Assembly (NCBI GenBank): GCA_023732985.1
Contig: GCA_023732985.1_3946.1
From: a phage
Reading direction: 5' to 3' (one strand)
DNA length: 64,000 nucleotides
Position 1 is the first letter of the stretch; each line of letters opens with the position of its first letter. The notes under the pieces are model-generated. The model saw only the letters and a program-made list of their open reading frames with translations, ran no database searches and was not told the DNA's origin. The translations under genes and the position numbers were made by a program. Below, piece by piece: positions 23,224 through 33,865 of the stretch.

Positions 23224-25201
23224 AGGTCGTAAATTGAAAGAGGCTGGTCAGTTTGTTGGTCATTGCGCATGTCCACGTTGTGGTTCATCAGATGCTGGTT
23301 CAATCTATCATCATGACGATGGTTCTTATTCAATGACTTGCTTTAGTTGTAACAAAGGTTTCCCAGAGTGGGATTTTGATAAAGGACAAATCGTGAGCAC
23401 TTATTCTACTGGTTCAGACAATAAAAACCGTACTTTCCGTGGAATGGATTTAGACGATGTGAAAGAAAACCTTGAAGCGATGGACTTGAAAGACAGGAAG
23501 ATTCCTGCAAAAGTTCTTGAGCGTTTGGGTATCAAGGTTGACATTGACAGTGATGGTGAAATTGACGCACATTTCTACCCAACTTACAAACGCAATGAAG
23601 ATGGCAAGCTAGAGCATGTTGGATACCGTGTTCGTCACCGTTACCCAGAAGACCATCCAAAAGAGCACCTACGAGGTAAGCTAAAAGACTTTTCAGGTGG
23701 TGTTGGAGACATTAAAGGTGAACTGGCAATGTTCGGTTCATGGATTGCTCCAGAAGGTGGTAACCGTCTATTCATCTGGGAAGGTGAGATGGAATGTGCG
23801 ACAGCAATCTATATGACCTCTCTTGCGATTAAAGACAAGTCTCGTCGTAAGAATTACTGTCATGTATCTGTTCCGTCAGGTGCAAACATCAAGTCTATCA
23901 AAGATAACTATCAGTACATCACATCATTTGATGAGATTTACTTGTGCTTTGATAATGATGAAGCAGGTGCTAAAGCTACCAAAGAGGCTGCTGGTATCTT
24001 ACCTATTGAGAAGGTTCGTTTATTCCAGTATCCAGAGGGTGTAAAAGACCTTAACGAATGGTGGACAAAGTTCTATAAAGAGAAAGACACAGTTCTGGAA
24101 GGATTTAAGCAGCGTATCTACAACGCACCTCGTTACTGTCCTGCTGGTATCAAGAACTTTGCAGATGGTTTTGAGGCAATGAAGAATCGTGGTCAGATTC
24201 CATTGATTCCTTTCCCAGAATCTTTCGGGGATTTGAACAGACTGACTTACGGTGGTTATGGTTTGGGTGAGATTACAACTATTGCAGCACCATCTTCAGT
24301 AGGTAAGTCAGCTTACACTCGTGAGATGATTTATTCAGCTTGGAAAGAAACTGATTACAATATCGGTGTAATTCCTGTAGAAGATACTTACGAAGAACTT
24401 ATGGAAATGCTCTGTGCAATCCACCTGAGCAAGCAGATTTCTGAGATTCCTTATGACGAACGTGATTGGGATGAATTGAAGGAGGCACACACAGAACTAT
24501 CTAAAGGTCGTCGTATCCACATCGTAGACCATCAAGGGGCAATTGACCAAGATAACTTGCTGGAGTTTGTTGACTATCTTGTTAACAGTTTAGACTGTAA
24601 GATTATTATTCTTGACCCTATTACGTTGGCTCTGTCACGTTCAGATACGGATGAAGAGGAAGTTTTATCTGAGCTATTGCGTCGTTGCAAACGCTACCAG
24701 TATGCACAAGTGAACGTCTGTCACGTTCGTAAGAGTGCAGGTGGTCAGAAGGCTAACTCTGAAGGTGGGGATATCTCTGAAGAGGATATTAAAGGCTCTG
24801 GTGCGTATTTCCAGATTTCTATGAACAACATTCTGTTAATGCGTAACAAGGTTGACCCAGACCCTGTTAAGAAAAACTTGACAAAAATCAAGCTAACTAA
24901 ATGTCGTCGTCATGGTAAGTCAACGGGTATTGCTGGTCATACTTGGTACAATCCAGATACAGGACGCCTCATCAAAGCATCTGGTTGCGGAGTTGACATT
25001 GATGGTGCAGCAGAAAATATTCGCCAACAGTTTGGTATTGGCGAAGCTGAAGACCATTACGATGACTCTTTGCCACATTATGAGGATGAAGTGTTTGACC
25101 GTGAGACTGGTGAAGTCTATACTGAAGAGCAGCGTCAAAGCTCAACGATTCCACCTGTATTAAGTGAGGATGCAGATGACTGTCCATTCGAAACTGAGTG
25201 A
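23216..25201 (+). CDS. bifunctional DNA primase / DnaB-like helicase
   Basis: N-terminal Zn ribbon CACPRCGS...CFSCN, central TOPRIM-like region, C-terminal Walker A GEITTIAAPSSVGKSAY; track start 23210 is GTG, ATG at 23216 preferred. Confidence 0.85.
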   Translation: MSKGRKLKEAGQFVGHCACPRCGSSDAGSIYHHDDGSYSMTCFSCNKGFPEWDFDKGQIVSTYSTGSDNKNRTFRGMDLDDVKENLEAMDLKDRKIPAKVLERLGIKVDIDSDGEIDAHFYPTYKRNEDGKLEHVGYRVRHRYPEDHPKEHLRGKLKDFSGGVGDIKGELAMFGSWIAPEGGNRLFIWEGEMECATAIYMTSLAIKDKSRRKNYCHVSVPSGANIKSIKDNYQYITSFDEIYLCFDNDEAGAKATKEAAGILPIEKVRLFQYPEGVKDLNEWWTKFYKEKDTVLEGFKQRIYNAPRYCPAGIKNFADGFEAMKNRGQIPLIPFPESFGDLNRLTYGGYGLGEITTIAAPSSVGKSAYTREMIYSAWKETDYNIGVIPVEDTYEELMEMLCAIHLSKQISEIPYDERDWDELKEAHTELSKGRRIHIVDHQGAIDQDNLLEFVDYLVNSLDCKIIILDPITLALSRSDTDEEEVLSELLRRCKRYQYAQVNVCHVRKSAGGQKANSEGGDISEEDIKGSGAYFQISMNNILLMRNKVDPDPVKKNLTKIKLTKCRRHGKSTGIAGHTWYNPDTGRLIKASGCGVDIDGAAENIRQQFGIGEAEDHYDDSLPHYEDEVFDRETGEVYTEEQRQSSTIPPVLSEDADDCPFETE

Positions 25202-25457
25202 TAGTTACAAAAGAGAGGGGTTCACACCCTTCTTTGAAGAAAAAAGTTTAAATGAATTTCAGGAAGAGTGTTTGACAAAGGTTGATAGGTTCTATAGAAT
25301 GCTCTACATGAAATGTGATGGAGGTGTTGAGGTAGAAGAAAAGTTCCATCACAGCATAATCACAGTCACTATTACTATACCTAAACATAATATTGGTTGG
25401 CTGTTTATAATGAAAGAAAATGTGTTTGAATATCAAGTATATCGGAGAATATCATGA
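25164..25457 (+). CDS. hypothetical protein
   Basis: 97 aa ORF overlapping 3' end of primase-helicase; weak. Confidence 0.2.
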   Translation: MRMQMTVHSKLSDSYKREGFTPFFEEKSLNEFQEECLTKVDRFYRMLYMKCDGGVEVEEKFHHSIITVTITIPKHNIGWLFIMKENVFEYQVYRRIS

Positions 25458-25603
25458 AACACTCTAAAGCATTTGAAAAAGTTTTTGGGGATTCCTTAAA
25501 AGCCACTGCTGGAAAACCAGCAAAATACTATGAAGAAAAACGTGTAAGAACTGGAAAAACTGCACGTAAAGCAGCTTCTAAAGATAAGCACAACTTCCAG
25601 TAA
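25454..25603 (+). CDS. hypothetical small basic protein (49 aa, not in ORF track)
   Basis: ATG at 25454 preceded by GGAG; lysine-rich MKHSKAFEKVFGDSLKATAGKPAKYYEEKRVRTGKTARKAASKDKHNFQ. Confidence 0.25.
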   Translation: MKHSKAFEKVFGDSLKATAGKPAKYYEEKRVRTGKTARKAASKDKHNFQ

Positions 25604-25610
25604 TTAGTGT

Positions 25611-25639
25611 TTGACAATAGAGTATCAACAAGCTAGAAT
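25611..25639 (+). promoter_or_regulatory. sigma70-like promoter (TTGACA-17-TAGAAT)
   Basis: -35 TTGACA 25611-25616, 17 bp spacer, -10 TAGAAT 25634-25639, upstream of SSB gene. Confidence 0.55.
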
Positions 25640-25675
25640 TGGTACTCTTCATAAATTGAGATAGAGGTTTAAATA

Positions 25676-26533
25676 ATGTCTAAAGTTGTTAAAATGAAAG
25701 CTCCGGTAGAGAAGTACAACGGTACTGAACGTCAAACTCTGCGTTACCTGCTGAAAGATGTCTGGTTTTATTACCTGAATACTTCACCACGTCCGGGAAA
25801 AGGTAAGTCTATTGATAAGAAATTCCCAGGCAAAGACTGTAACTACAGCGTTTCAATTCTGGCAGAAGATGGTAACAAGCTGTTTAAAGAGTTTACTAAG
25901 TCTAAGAAAAACCCAGAAGGTTGGGATAAAGTTACTACTGAAGCGGTTGATGCAGATGACTTTGAAGAGAAGTTTGGTTGCAAACCACCATTTGAAGCAG
26001 ACACTTACTACATCTTGAAAGTAAGTCGTGCAGCAGCTTATAAAGATGGTGCTGTGTGGACAGCTAAACAGTCATTCCCTGTAATGCTGATTGAAGAAGT
26101 AAATGGTAAGCGTGTAGCTGTTAAACAGCCGATGAAGAAAATCAAAGCTCAAGCATCTGACAAACATGAAGATGACAAGAACTATGATGTAATTCATCCA
26201 GATATTGCAGTCGGTAATGGTTCTTTTGGTAGTGTGATTCTTTCTACTCACTTCTACACTTTTGAGAACAATGTCCTGACAAAACCTATTCAGGAACAGT
26301 TTATCATTGACACCCTTGTACCTTACACTGGTGGTAACGGTGCTAACGGTGAACCTGAACTGGATGAAGACGAACTGGCTATGCTTGGTCTTGACGGCGT
26401 TGAAGATAACGGCGAAATCACTGAAGAAGATGCAAAAGACCACAAACCTTCGAATGATTCTGATGATGGTGACGATGAAGACTTGCCAGACCCAGACGAC
26501 GAAGGAGATGAAGACTTCGATACAGAAGACTAA
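25676..26533 (+). CDS. single-stranded DNA-binding protein (acidic C-terminal tail)
   Basis: Highly acidic C-terminus ending DEGDEDFDTED, as in T7 gp2.5-type SSBs; located between primase-helicase and exonuclease. Confidence 0.5.
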   Translation: MSKVVKMKAPVEKYNGTERQTLRYLLKDVWFYYLNTSPRPGKGKSIDKKFPGKDCNYSVSILAEDGNKLFKEFTKSKKNPEGWDKVTTEAVDADDFEEKFGCKPPFEADTYYILKVSRAAAYKDGAVWTAKQSFPVMLIEEVNGKRVAVKQPMKKIKAQASDKHEDDKNYDVIHPDIAVGNGSFGSVILSTHFYTFENNVLTKPIQEQFIIDTLVPYTGGNGANGEPELDEDELAMLGLDGVEDNGEITEEDAKDHKPSNDSDDGDDEDLPDPDDEGDEDFDTED

Positions 26534-26550
26534 TCTTTAAAAGTTACTTT

Positions 26551-26580
26551 AAAGCCCTGTACTTAGTATGGGGCTTTTTC
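26551..26580 (+). terminator. intrinsic terminator candidate
   Basis: AAAGCCC ... GGGCTTT hairpin followed by T run. Confidence 0.45.
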
Positions 26581-26595
26581 ATATGGAGAGTCACA

Positions 26596-27636
26596 ATGGA
26601 GAAGTACACGCTAACAAAACTTCCCGATTCAGTTACACATGTCTTTATTGACTCTGATAGTATTGCCTATAAAGGTGCTTGTGTAGTTGAGAAAGCAAAA
26701 TATAAGTATGTCAATAAACTCACAGCAGAAGAATCTGAACCATTTGATAATGCAAAAGATGCGGCAAGATGGTTAGCAGACCAGAGAATCCTTGTGGAAG
26801 AACTTGGCCTGACATTTGATGAAGATGAATGGGAAAGACAGACTTGGAAAGAAGCTAAGAGTGAAAAAGAAGCTATCATGGCTACTCAGCAGGTTCTTCA
26901 GGAATGGCTTAAGATTGTTGGTAAAGAGAGAACTTGGGTAGGTTATTTAACAGAGAAAGGTGTGCATAAACATAAAGACATTAAAGGTCTTGAGCACCAA
27001 TATCAAGGTAACCGTAAAGATGCTGTCACACCAACACACTTAGTTGCTTGTCGTGAGTATCTTCTGTCAAGACCAGAGTTCAAACTCTTAAAGGGTGGCT
27101 TCGAAGCCGATTCAATCGTAATTGCTAAAGCTGAAAAGATGGGTAAGAAAGCTGCTCTTATGAGCATTGACAAAGACCTTCGACAAGCTGAAGGGACTTA
27201 CTGCATTGATATGACCTATGAAAAATCACCACTAATCTTTATTGCTGACAATAATGTTGGTGATATCTGGGATTGCCCTATCAAATCAAAACCAAAAGCT
27301 GCAAAAACAGTTGGCGTAGGTTTTAAATTCTTGTGTTATCAGGCTGTTGCTGGAGATAATGCAGACAACTACTTCGGCCTAAAAGGTGCTGGTAAAGTAG
27401 CTGTGATGAATGCTTTAGAGGGTAAAGAGACCTACAAAGAGTGTCTTGACGCTATCTATGAACTTTATGCTAAAAAAGATTCTTATACCTATGTGTCATG
27501 GGATGGACAGACTGTTACCAAAACACCATTAGAGTTAATGGAACAGCATTTCTGGATAGCATATCAAGAGAGAAATCCAAAAGACAATTTCTCTTTCAAG
27601 AAATATAATTGGGAGCCGTGTATGAATGAAGATTAA
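26596..27636 (+). CDS. 5'-3' exonuclease / flap endonuclease (RNase H-like)
   Basis: N-terminal VFIDSDSIAYKGA resembles FEN N-domain; ADNYFGLKGAGKVAVMNAL resembles helix-3-turn-helix motif. Confidence 0.6.
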   Translation: MEKYTLTKLPDSVTHVFIDSDSIAYKGACVVEKAKYKYVNKLTAEESEPFDNAKDAARWLADQRILVEELGLTFDEDEWERQTWKEAKSEKEAIMATQQVLQEWLKIVGKERTWVGYLTEKGVHKHKDIKGLEHQYQGNRKDAVTPTHLVACREYLLSRPEFKLLKGGFEADSIVIAKAEKMGKKAALMSIDKDLRQAEGTYCIDMTYEKSPLIFIADNNVGDIWDCPIKSKPKAAKTVGVGFKFLCYQAVAGDNADNYFGLKGAGKVAVMNALEGKETYKECLDAIYELYAKKDSYTYVSWDGQTVTKTPLELMEQHFWIAYQERNPKDNFSFKKYNWEPCMNED

Positions 27637-28123
27637 AGGATTTGGCAATTGCCCTACCTACGGTCATTGGGTATCTTTATGTGGGGAAGTTGACCCCACT
27701 AAACATTTTGGCTTTGTCTATTTAGTGCACTGTAAGAAGACTGGACAATATTATATCGGAAAGAAACAGCTTAACAGTGTGACAAAAAGAAAAGTTGCTG
27801 GGAAGACTCGGAAGAAGGTAGTCACTAAGGAGAGTGATTGGATGACTTACGAGACTTCTTCTGAGTATATTAAAAAAGATATTGAGAGCTTTGGAAAAGA
27901 ATTTTTTGACTTTTACATCATTCAGACCTACTACACAAAAGGTGGCCTAGTCTATGGTGAAGCAAACCTTCAACATAAATTCGATGTAATGACAAAAAGG
28001 ATTGACTCGAAGCTCAGACTCTTCTACAATGCCAATATTGCAGCAATTAAGTTTATTACTAAAGAAACTTATGAAGATGCTGAAAAAAGAATCCATAAGG
28101 TAATGAAAGCAAATTGTGCTTGA
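27626..28123 (+). CDS. putative GIY-YIG homing endonuclease
   Basis: FVYLVHCKKTGQYYIGKK matches GIY-(10-11)-YIG spacing. Confidence 0.5.
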   Translation: MKIKGFGNCPTYGHWVSLCGEVDPTKHFGFVYLVHCKKTGQYYIGKKQLNSVTKRKVAGKTRKKVVTKESDWMTYETSSEYIKKDIESFGKEFFDFYIIQTYYTKGGLVYGEANLQHKFDVMTKRIDSKLRLFYNANIAAIKFITKETYEDAEKRIHKVMKANCA

Positions 28124-28129
28124 TAACTA

Positions 28130-28393
28130 TTGAGAGAGAATAAAATGTTTAACAAAAGCAAAGCTGTGAATCATGTAGCAAAAGTTGACAGTAAGATTGA
28201 AGAACTTGAGCGCATTCTTGCAAATGCTAGAGAATCAATAATTAAAGAAGTTGAAGCTGTTGAATCACAAATGCAGCACCTAATGCTTAAACGCCAAGAG
28301 CTACGTGAGCATCTAGAATATATTGAAACACGAGAGCTAAAAGTTAACAGATATTTTAAGGAGTCCGAATGTTTAACTCAAGAGAATCAGTAA
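28130..28393 (+). CDS. hypothetical coiled-coil protein
   Basis: 87 aa ORF. Confidence 0.35.
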   Translation: MRENKMFNKSKAVNHVAKVDSKIEELERILANARESIIKEVEAVESQMQHLMLKRQELREHLEYIETRELKVNRYFKESECLTQENQ

Positions 28394-29124
28394 AAAACTG
28401 GAACCTTCGTTGTGGAAACACTCAAAAGCAACCTTACAGTAATGAGTATTGGGAATCTTTGAAATCTCAATCTCTGTGTATGCTTGAGGAAGCAAAAGAG
28501 CTTGTAAAAGCAATTGAAGAGAAAGACCCCATTGAGACACTGGATGCTCAGGCAGATTTGCAATATGTTCTTGATGGTTTGATTTACCTGTCACAACATG
28601 ACCATAATGGTGCTATGGAAGCTGTTTGCCATAATAATGACCTGAAGTACACAGACGACTATGAAGAAGCTTTAAAACGTCTTGCAGATATTGAGAAGCG
28701 TACTGGTCAAGAGTGTATCATCAGAATGTCAGTAGTTGATGGTAAAGAATGGTATGCAATTGTTCGTGCAGCCGATGGGAAGATTATGAAGCAATCTAAT
28801 CTCCCTAAAGTTCAGCTTGGTGAATACATTGTAGAACTTGAAAGCCAAGAACTTTTTGTGGTAGTATCTGACACATGCGTTATCTGCAAAGGTATTGTAT
28901 GTAGCTTAAAGGATTTGGGTGTAGATGGTTTTGTAGAAGTTAATCCAATTACCTCTAAAGCAGATAAAGATTTCTGTAAAGAGAATGGACTATGGATTGC
29001 AGATATTGTCTACTATGATGGTGAGCAGTTCCATGTAACCTCATACCCGAAACTGAATTATGATGCTAATAACCTGAAGTGCTGGTTAAAAGGGGTTGGT
29101 TATAATGGATTCACAGAACATTAA
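28369..29124 (+). CDS. putative MazG-like nucleotide pyrophosphohydrolase
   Basis: EEAKELVKAIEEKDPIETLDAQADLQYVLDGLIYL resembles the MazG EExxE...D motif pair; weak. Confidence 0.35.
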   Translation: MFNSRESVKNWNLRCGNTQKQPYSNEYWESLKSQSLCMLEEAKELVKAIEEKDPIETLDAQADLQYVLDGLIYLSQHDHNGAMEAVCHNNDLKYTDDYEEALKRLADIEKRTGQECIIRMSVVDGKEWYAIVRAADGKIMKQSNLPKVQLGEYIVELESQELFVVVSDTCVICKGIVCSLKDLGVDGFVEVNPITSKADKDFCKENGLWIADIVYYDGEQFHVTSYPKLNYDANNLKCWLKGVGYNGFTEH

Positions 29125-29428
29125 TAAAGAGGGTGTGGCTCAGAAGAGCCACTTCTCAAACTACAATATTTCTATGACGGTGTTTATGAATGACCCGTTA
29201 CTAGAAAAATATGGTGAGACTCCAGATACACTTCTGGACAATGAACAAGTTTTAAAAGCAATCCTGTACAAATATGGGATTGATATTGAGAAAGAGTATT
29301 CTTTTGAAATCTGTCAACACAGGAATACTTTCGGTAAAGTTGTAATGGCTCCACTTTTTATGGGTGTAGAAAGGACTGACTACGGTTGGTTATATCTAAA
29401 AAGAAACTTGGAGAAATACCGTGTTTAA
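29096..29428 (+). CDS. hypothetical protein
   Basis: 110 aa ORF. Confidence 0.3.
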   Translation: MVIMDSQNINKEGVAQKSHFSNYNISMTVFMNDPLLEKYGETPDTLLDNEQVLKAILYKYGIDIEKEYSFEICQHRNTFGKVVMAPLFMGVERTDYGWLYLKRNLEKYRV

Positions 29429-29756
29429 AGCAAAGAAGTTAGATTACGATGCCATTATCTCTGGTGCTAAATTAGGTGTTGACAGTCTCGGACGGGACGT
29501 TAAACACGGAGACACAGTTATGTACTGTGATGACCGAAGAGGAAGAAGTGCAATCTTGTTTGGAAAAGTTGTATGTAAAATACGCGGTAATTATGTTGTT
29601 TCAGATATGGATGGCAACGTCGCACAAAAGCTCAAAATAATCATGGATAGCAAGACTCCATCATGGCTCTTAAATTGTATGCACGCTTCGTCTATCACAA
29701 AAGTAAGTGATAAGTTTTACGATATGTGGCAGAATGAGCAAATTTTCAAGATTTAA
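29421..29756 (+). CDS. hypothetical protein
   Basis: 111 aa ORF, GTG start in track. Confidence 0.3.
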   Translation: MFKAKKLDYDAIISGAKLGVDSLGRDVKHGDTVMYCDDRRGRSAILFGKVVCKIRGNYVVSDMDGNVAQKLKIIMDSKTPSWLLNCMHASSITKVSDKFYDMWQNEQIFKI

Positions 29757-29761
29757 ACTAG

Positions 29762-29786
29762 GGAGCCTCTTCGGAGGCTCTTTTCA
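29762..29786 (+). terminator. intrinsic terminator
   Basis: GGAGCCTC-TTCG-GAGGCTC hairpin with UUCG tetraloop followed by TTTTC. Confidence 0.6.
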
Positions 29787-29802
29787 TCTGTAGGATTCGA
29801 AA

Positions 29803-32037
29803 ATGATTAAGACAATTAAAAAATCAAATGGTACAGTAGTAAGCTTTGACCCAGAAAGACTGAATAAGTGGGCATCATGGGCAGATAAACGTGGAATTAT
29901 CTGGTCAGAAGTCACTATGGAAGCTATGAAACGTGTCTATGAAGGTTGCACTACAAAAGAGATGCACCAAGCCATGATTGATGTTTGTGTTGATAAACAA
30001 ACGCAAGAGTACTCAGATATGGCTGGACGGCTACTTCTGGGGATTATCTACAAAGAAGCCTTTGGAGGCTTTACTAAGGTTCCTACACTGATTACCTTCG
30101 TTAAAAATATGGAGAGGGCAGGACTTTGGGAGAAGATGGATTATTCACAGGAAGAACTTGAATACCTGCAAGGTTACATCGTACACTCAAAAGATATCTC
30201 TTACGGCTATGCGGTCTTGAAACAGTTCAGAGACAAGTATGGTATCCGTGATATTAAAACGGGAAGACTTTTTGAGTCACCACAATTTATGTTTATGGGT
30301 ATGGCTATGAAAGCCTTTGAGAAGCAACCAAAGCACCGTAGACTGCAAGATGTTATCAAGCTGTACACTTACCTATCTGACCTGAAGATTAACGCTCCTA
30401 CACCTTATTTAAACGGTTTAAGAGCAACTAAATCAGGCTATGCGTCATGCTGTTTGATTAAGGCAAATGACACTGCCGAATCTCTCGGTATTGCTGCAAA
30501 GGTTGCTTATGACATGACTACAAAGCAAGCTGGTATCGGGATGCTGATGGAGACTCGCACTATTGGTGATGGTATCCGTCAAAATACTATTGAGCACATG
30601 GGTAAGCTACCTTATTACAAGCTTGTACGTTCATCTGTAGAGGCAAACAAACAGAAGAGTCGTGGCGGTTCAGCTAATAACTTCTACACTGCTCTAGACC
30701 CGCAGATTGAAGATTTACTGCGTTTGAAGCACCCTACAACGGTTCCTTCTAAACGTATTAATGAGATGGACTACTCATTCGGCACAAACGATTATTTCTG
30801 GCAGTGTGTTCAGTATGATACAGATTGGTTGCTATTCTCTTACAAAGATGCACCAAAACTCTATGACATGTTCTACACAGCATCTGCTGATGAGTTTGCT
30901 ATGGCAGTTGGTCATGCAGTACATTCAGGTGTTAAACACAGACGAGTCAAGGCTCGTGAAATTGCTAAGCTGTTTATTCAACAGCGTTATGCTACAGGTC
31001 GTGTGTATCCATTCTTCACTAACAATGCAAACACACATACACCATTTAAAGAACCATTGAAGATGTCAAATCTTTGTATGGAAATTGTATTGCCAGTGTA
31101 TGGTTTTGAGAAAGAGACAGACCTTTACAGAGACGATGCTGTGAAAGAGGATGGTGAGGTGGCTCTTTGCTTCCTAGCTAGTTTGGTTGCAGGGAGAATT
31201 TCAGAAGATGAATACGCTGACGTTGCTTATTATGCTCTTGCAATGGTTGACTCCGTTATTGACCTTATGGATTATCCGTATCCGTCGATGCGTAACCATG
31301 TTCAGAAGCGTCGTTCTGTTGGGATTGGCCTTACAAATGTGGCTCATTACCTTGCGAAGAACTACGTGAACTACTCTTCACGAGCAGGTAAGACAAAGCT
31401 TCATGAACTTGCAGAGATGCACTCTTACTACTTACACGAAGCCTCTCTGAGACTTGCTAAAGAACGTGGTGTACCTGAGTATATGCAGTTCACTAAGTAT
31501 CCTGAAGGCTGGGTTCCTCCAAAGACAGCCAATAAGAAGATTGATGAAAAGCATGATGCAAAACTACGATATGATTGGGATGACTTAGCACAACGTATCA
31601 AAGAAAATGGTGGAATCCGAAACTCTGTATTAGAAGCTTACATGCCTAATGAGAGTTCTTCACTAGCAACTAATACGACAAATGGCTTGTACCCAATTCG
31701 TGACTTTATTTTAACTAAAAAGTCTGCAACTGGTAACGTGTTGTTTATTGTTCCAGATTATGAAGAGTTGAAGTATGTATATGAAATTGCTTGGGGTATT
31801 GACACCTTTGACCTAATTGATTGTTATGCAATTGTTCAAAAGTTCACTGGTCAAGCTATCTCTTCAGATTTCTATGTTGACTACGCAAAAGCGAAGAAGG
31901 TATCATTGGCTCAAGCTTTGAAGTATATGATTTATGCCAACTCAGTAGGTATGAAAACCATGTACTACCTTAACAGCCGCATTGGTGTAGGTAAATCTGC
32001 ACTGCAAGATGCTTATTGCGAGGGTTGTGGTGTTTAG
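29803..32037 (+). CDS. nrdA: ribonucleotide reductase class I alpha subunit
   Basis: 744 aa; N-terminal ATP-cone-like region, catalytic-site-like NLCMEIVLP, followed by nrdB and redoxin. Confidence 0.9.
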   Translation: MIKTIKKSNGTVVSFDPERLNKWASWADKRGIIWSEVTMEAMKRVYEGCTTKEMHQAMIDVCVDKQTQEYSDMAGRLLLGIIYKEAFGGFTKVPTLITFVKNMERAGLWEKMDYSQEELEYLQGYIVHSKDISYGYAVLKQFRDKYGIRDIKTGRLFESPQFMFMGMAMKAFEKQPKHRRLQDVIKLYTYLSDLKINAPTPYLNGLRATKSGYASCCLIKANDTAESLGIAAKVAYDMTTKQAGIGMLMETRTIGDGIRQNTIEHMGKLPYYKLVRSSVEANKQKSRGGSANNFYTALDPQIEDLLRLKHPTTVPSKRINEMDYSFGTNDYFWQCVQYDTDWLLFSYKDAPKLYDMFYTASADEFAMAVGHAVHSGVKHRRVKAREIAKLFIQQRYATGRVYPFFTNNANTHTPFKEPLKMSNLCMEIVLPVYGFEKETDLYRDDAVKEDGEVALCFLASLVAGRISEDEYADVAYYALAMVDSVIDLMDYPYPSMRNHVQKRRSVGIGLTNVAHYLAKNYVNYSSRAGKTKLHELAEMHSYYLHEASLRLAKERGVPEYMQFTKYPEGWVPPKTANKKIDEKHDAKLRYDWDDLAQRIKENGGIRNSVLEAYMPNESSSLATNTTNGLYPIRDFILTKKSATGNVLFIVPDYEELKYVYEIAWGIDTFDLIDCYAIVQKFTGQAISSDFYVDYAKAKKVSLAQALKYMIYANSVGMKTMYYLNSRIGVGKSALQDAYCEGCGV

Positions 32038-32092
32038 TTTTAATAACTATGAGGGTCGTAAAAGACCCTCTAAAAATAACTTTGGAGAGACC

Positions 32093-32350
32093 ATGAAAGA
32101 TTTAATAGAAAAACATGAGCGACCAATATACTTGCTCTACAAACCCCGCAAAACATTGTACTATGTGAGTAGCACAGGTATCATGATAAAGCAGAATGAT
32201 GACTTATGGGTCACTGGAGCCTCTTACATCTCTACAGCAGATGGTAAAATCTACGCAAGACCTTATGAGATGTTTAACAAAGAAAATTGGGAAGTTTTAG
32301 ACAGAAAACAAGCCTTAGAAATGATAAAGAAAGGAGAAATCACACTATGA
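32093..32350 (+). CDS. hypothetical protein
   Basis: Track ORF 32009..32350 trimmed to Met29 (GGAGAG RBS) to remove overlap with nrdA. Confidence 0.3.
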   Translation: MKDLIEKHERPIYLLYKPRKTLYYVSSTGIMIKQNDDLWVTGASYISTADGKIYARPYEMFNKENWEVLDRKQALEMIKKGEITL

Positions 32351-33420
32351 TTAACCAGCACCCAATCTTTTTAGGTGGTGAGAGAAAAACTTTTGACTCA
32401 CTTAATAAGCACTACCCAAAAATCTTTGAACTTTATAAACAACAAAAAGCACAAGACTGGTCAGAAGATGAGTTCCCTTTTGAACAATCACGTCTTGATT
32501 TTGAGAGTGTCCCAGCATCAATGTCAGGTGTAATGCTTGAGATTCTTAAGTGGCAATGGGAAGCAGATACTCAAGTTGCTAAGAGCTTGGCATTTGCCTT
32601 TGCACCCTTTATCTCTGATGACATCTATGCAACTGCAATTATGAAGCAGTCTGAGATTGAAAACCTACATGCTCTTACTTACTCAGAGATTGTAAGGCAA
32701 TGTATTAAAAACCCTGAAACAATCTTAGATGAGATTAACCAGAATGTTGCTGTACAAGACCGATTAAAAACTGTGAATCGTGTTCTTGAAGAATTACTGG
32801 ATGAAGGTATAAACTATCGTCTGAGTTATGTGCGTGATTCACTTCTGGACAAAGACCCTTTGCACTTCCATAAAGTGATTCTGAAAGGACTGTTTGCAGT
32901 GACTGCACTTGAAGGTATATCTTTTATGGCATCCTTTGCATGTACTTTTGCACTTGATGCTCAAGATAAATTTCAGGGTATTGCTCAAGCTGTCCAGAAA
33001 ATTATGCTTGACGAAATCCTTCACACTAAAATTGATATTGAAGTTTTAAAAGAAACTTTAAGAGATGACGAGTGGCAGAAAGCTTTTCAACAAATTCTTC
33101 CAGAGATTAAAGTAATCTTAGATGAAGTAGTTGAAAGTGAAGAGAAATGGTCGTATTATATCTTCTCTGAAGGACGTGCTGTAGTTGGGTTAAATACAAA
33201 ACTTCTTCATGAGTGGGTTTACTATAATGCTGCCCCACTGTATGATATGTTTGGCATTCCCAGAGATTTTGTAGCTCCTAAAGAACCACCTTTGAAGTAC
33301 ATGATTAAGAAGATGGAAATTGATAAAGAGCAGAATGCTAATCAGGAGCAACAGAACGGTGCGTACCTATTGAATACTGTTGTAGATGATTTGAATAGTG
33401 GATTTTTAGAGGTTCCTTAA
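32347..33420 (+). CDS. nrdB: ribonucleotide reductase class I beta subunit
   Basis: Adjacent to nrdA, typical size; start moved to MINQHPIF Met with AGGAG RBS. Confidence 0.8.
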   Translation: MINQHPIFLGGERKTFDSLNKHYPKIFELYKQQKAQDWSEDEFPFEQSRLDFESVPASMSGVMLEILKWQWEADTQVAKSLAFAFAPFISDDIYATAIMKQSEIENLHALTYSEIVRQCIKNPETILDEINQNVAVQDRLKTVNRVLEELLDEGINYRLSYVRDSLLDKDPLHFHKVILKGLFAVTALEGISFMASFACTFALDAQDKFQGIAQAVQKIMLDEILHTKIDIEVLKETLRDDEWQKAFQQILPEIKVILDEVVESEEKWSYYIFSEGRAVVGLNTKLLHEWVYYNAAPLYDMFGIPRDFVAPKEPPLKYMIKKMEIDKEQNANQEQQNGAYLLNTVVDDLNSGFLEVP

Positions 33421-33662
33421 TGACTTATGTAATTTACTCCAAAACTGGATGCCCTCAGTGTGAGACCGCAAAGAATTTTGCAAAAGCTCGTGGTATTGAC
33501 CATGTTGTGAGAATGTTAGGGCATGACTATGAGCTATCAGACCTGATGGATATTGCACAGATGCCAGTTCGTCAGATGCCATTCATCATGAAAACTGATG
33601 GACAAAACCTAAAACCTGTTGGAACGCTACAGAATTTTATGGCAGAGGTGAATAATGCTTAA
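33420..33662 (+). CDS. nrdH: glutaredoxin-like redoxin (NrdH/NrdC-like)
   Basis: 80 aa, CPQC active-site motif near N-terminus, immediately after nrdB. Confidence 0.65.
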   Translation: MTYVIYSKTGCPQCETAKNFAKARGIDHVVRMLGHDYELSDLMDIAQMPVRQMPFIMKTDGQNLKPVGTLQNFMAEVNNA

Positions 33663-33861
33663 ACGCCTTTGGGAAGGTTTGGTTGTTGATGCACCAGCCA
33701 TTGTGATTGGTATGCTTGTTGTTAACCTATTTACTGATTTTGAACAAGGTTCATTGTTTGGGGCCATGCTATTATGGGTTATCTTTGAAATATTAGAGAT
33801 ACAGCTAGGCATCACTGAAAAACTAAGAAAACTCGTTTCAAAGTTTTCTAAAAAGATTTAA
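33655..33861 (+). CDS. hypothetical small membrane protein
   Basis: 68 aa hydrophobic ORF. Confidence 0.3.
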   Translation: MLKRLWEGLVVDAPAIVIGMLVVNLFTDFEQGSLFGAMLLWVIFEILEIQLGITEKLRKLVSKFSKKI

Positions 33862-33865
33862 AATG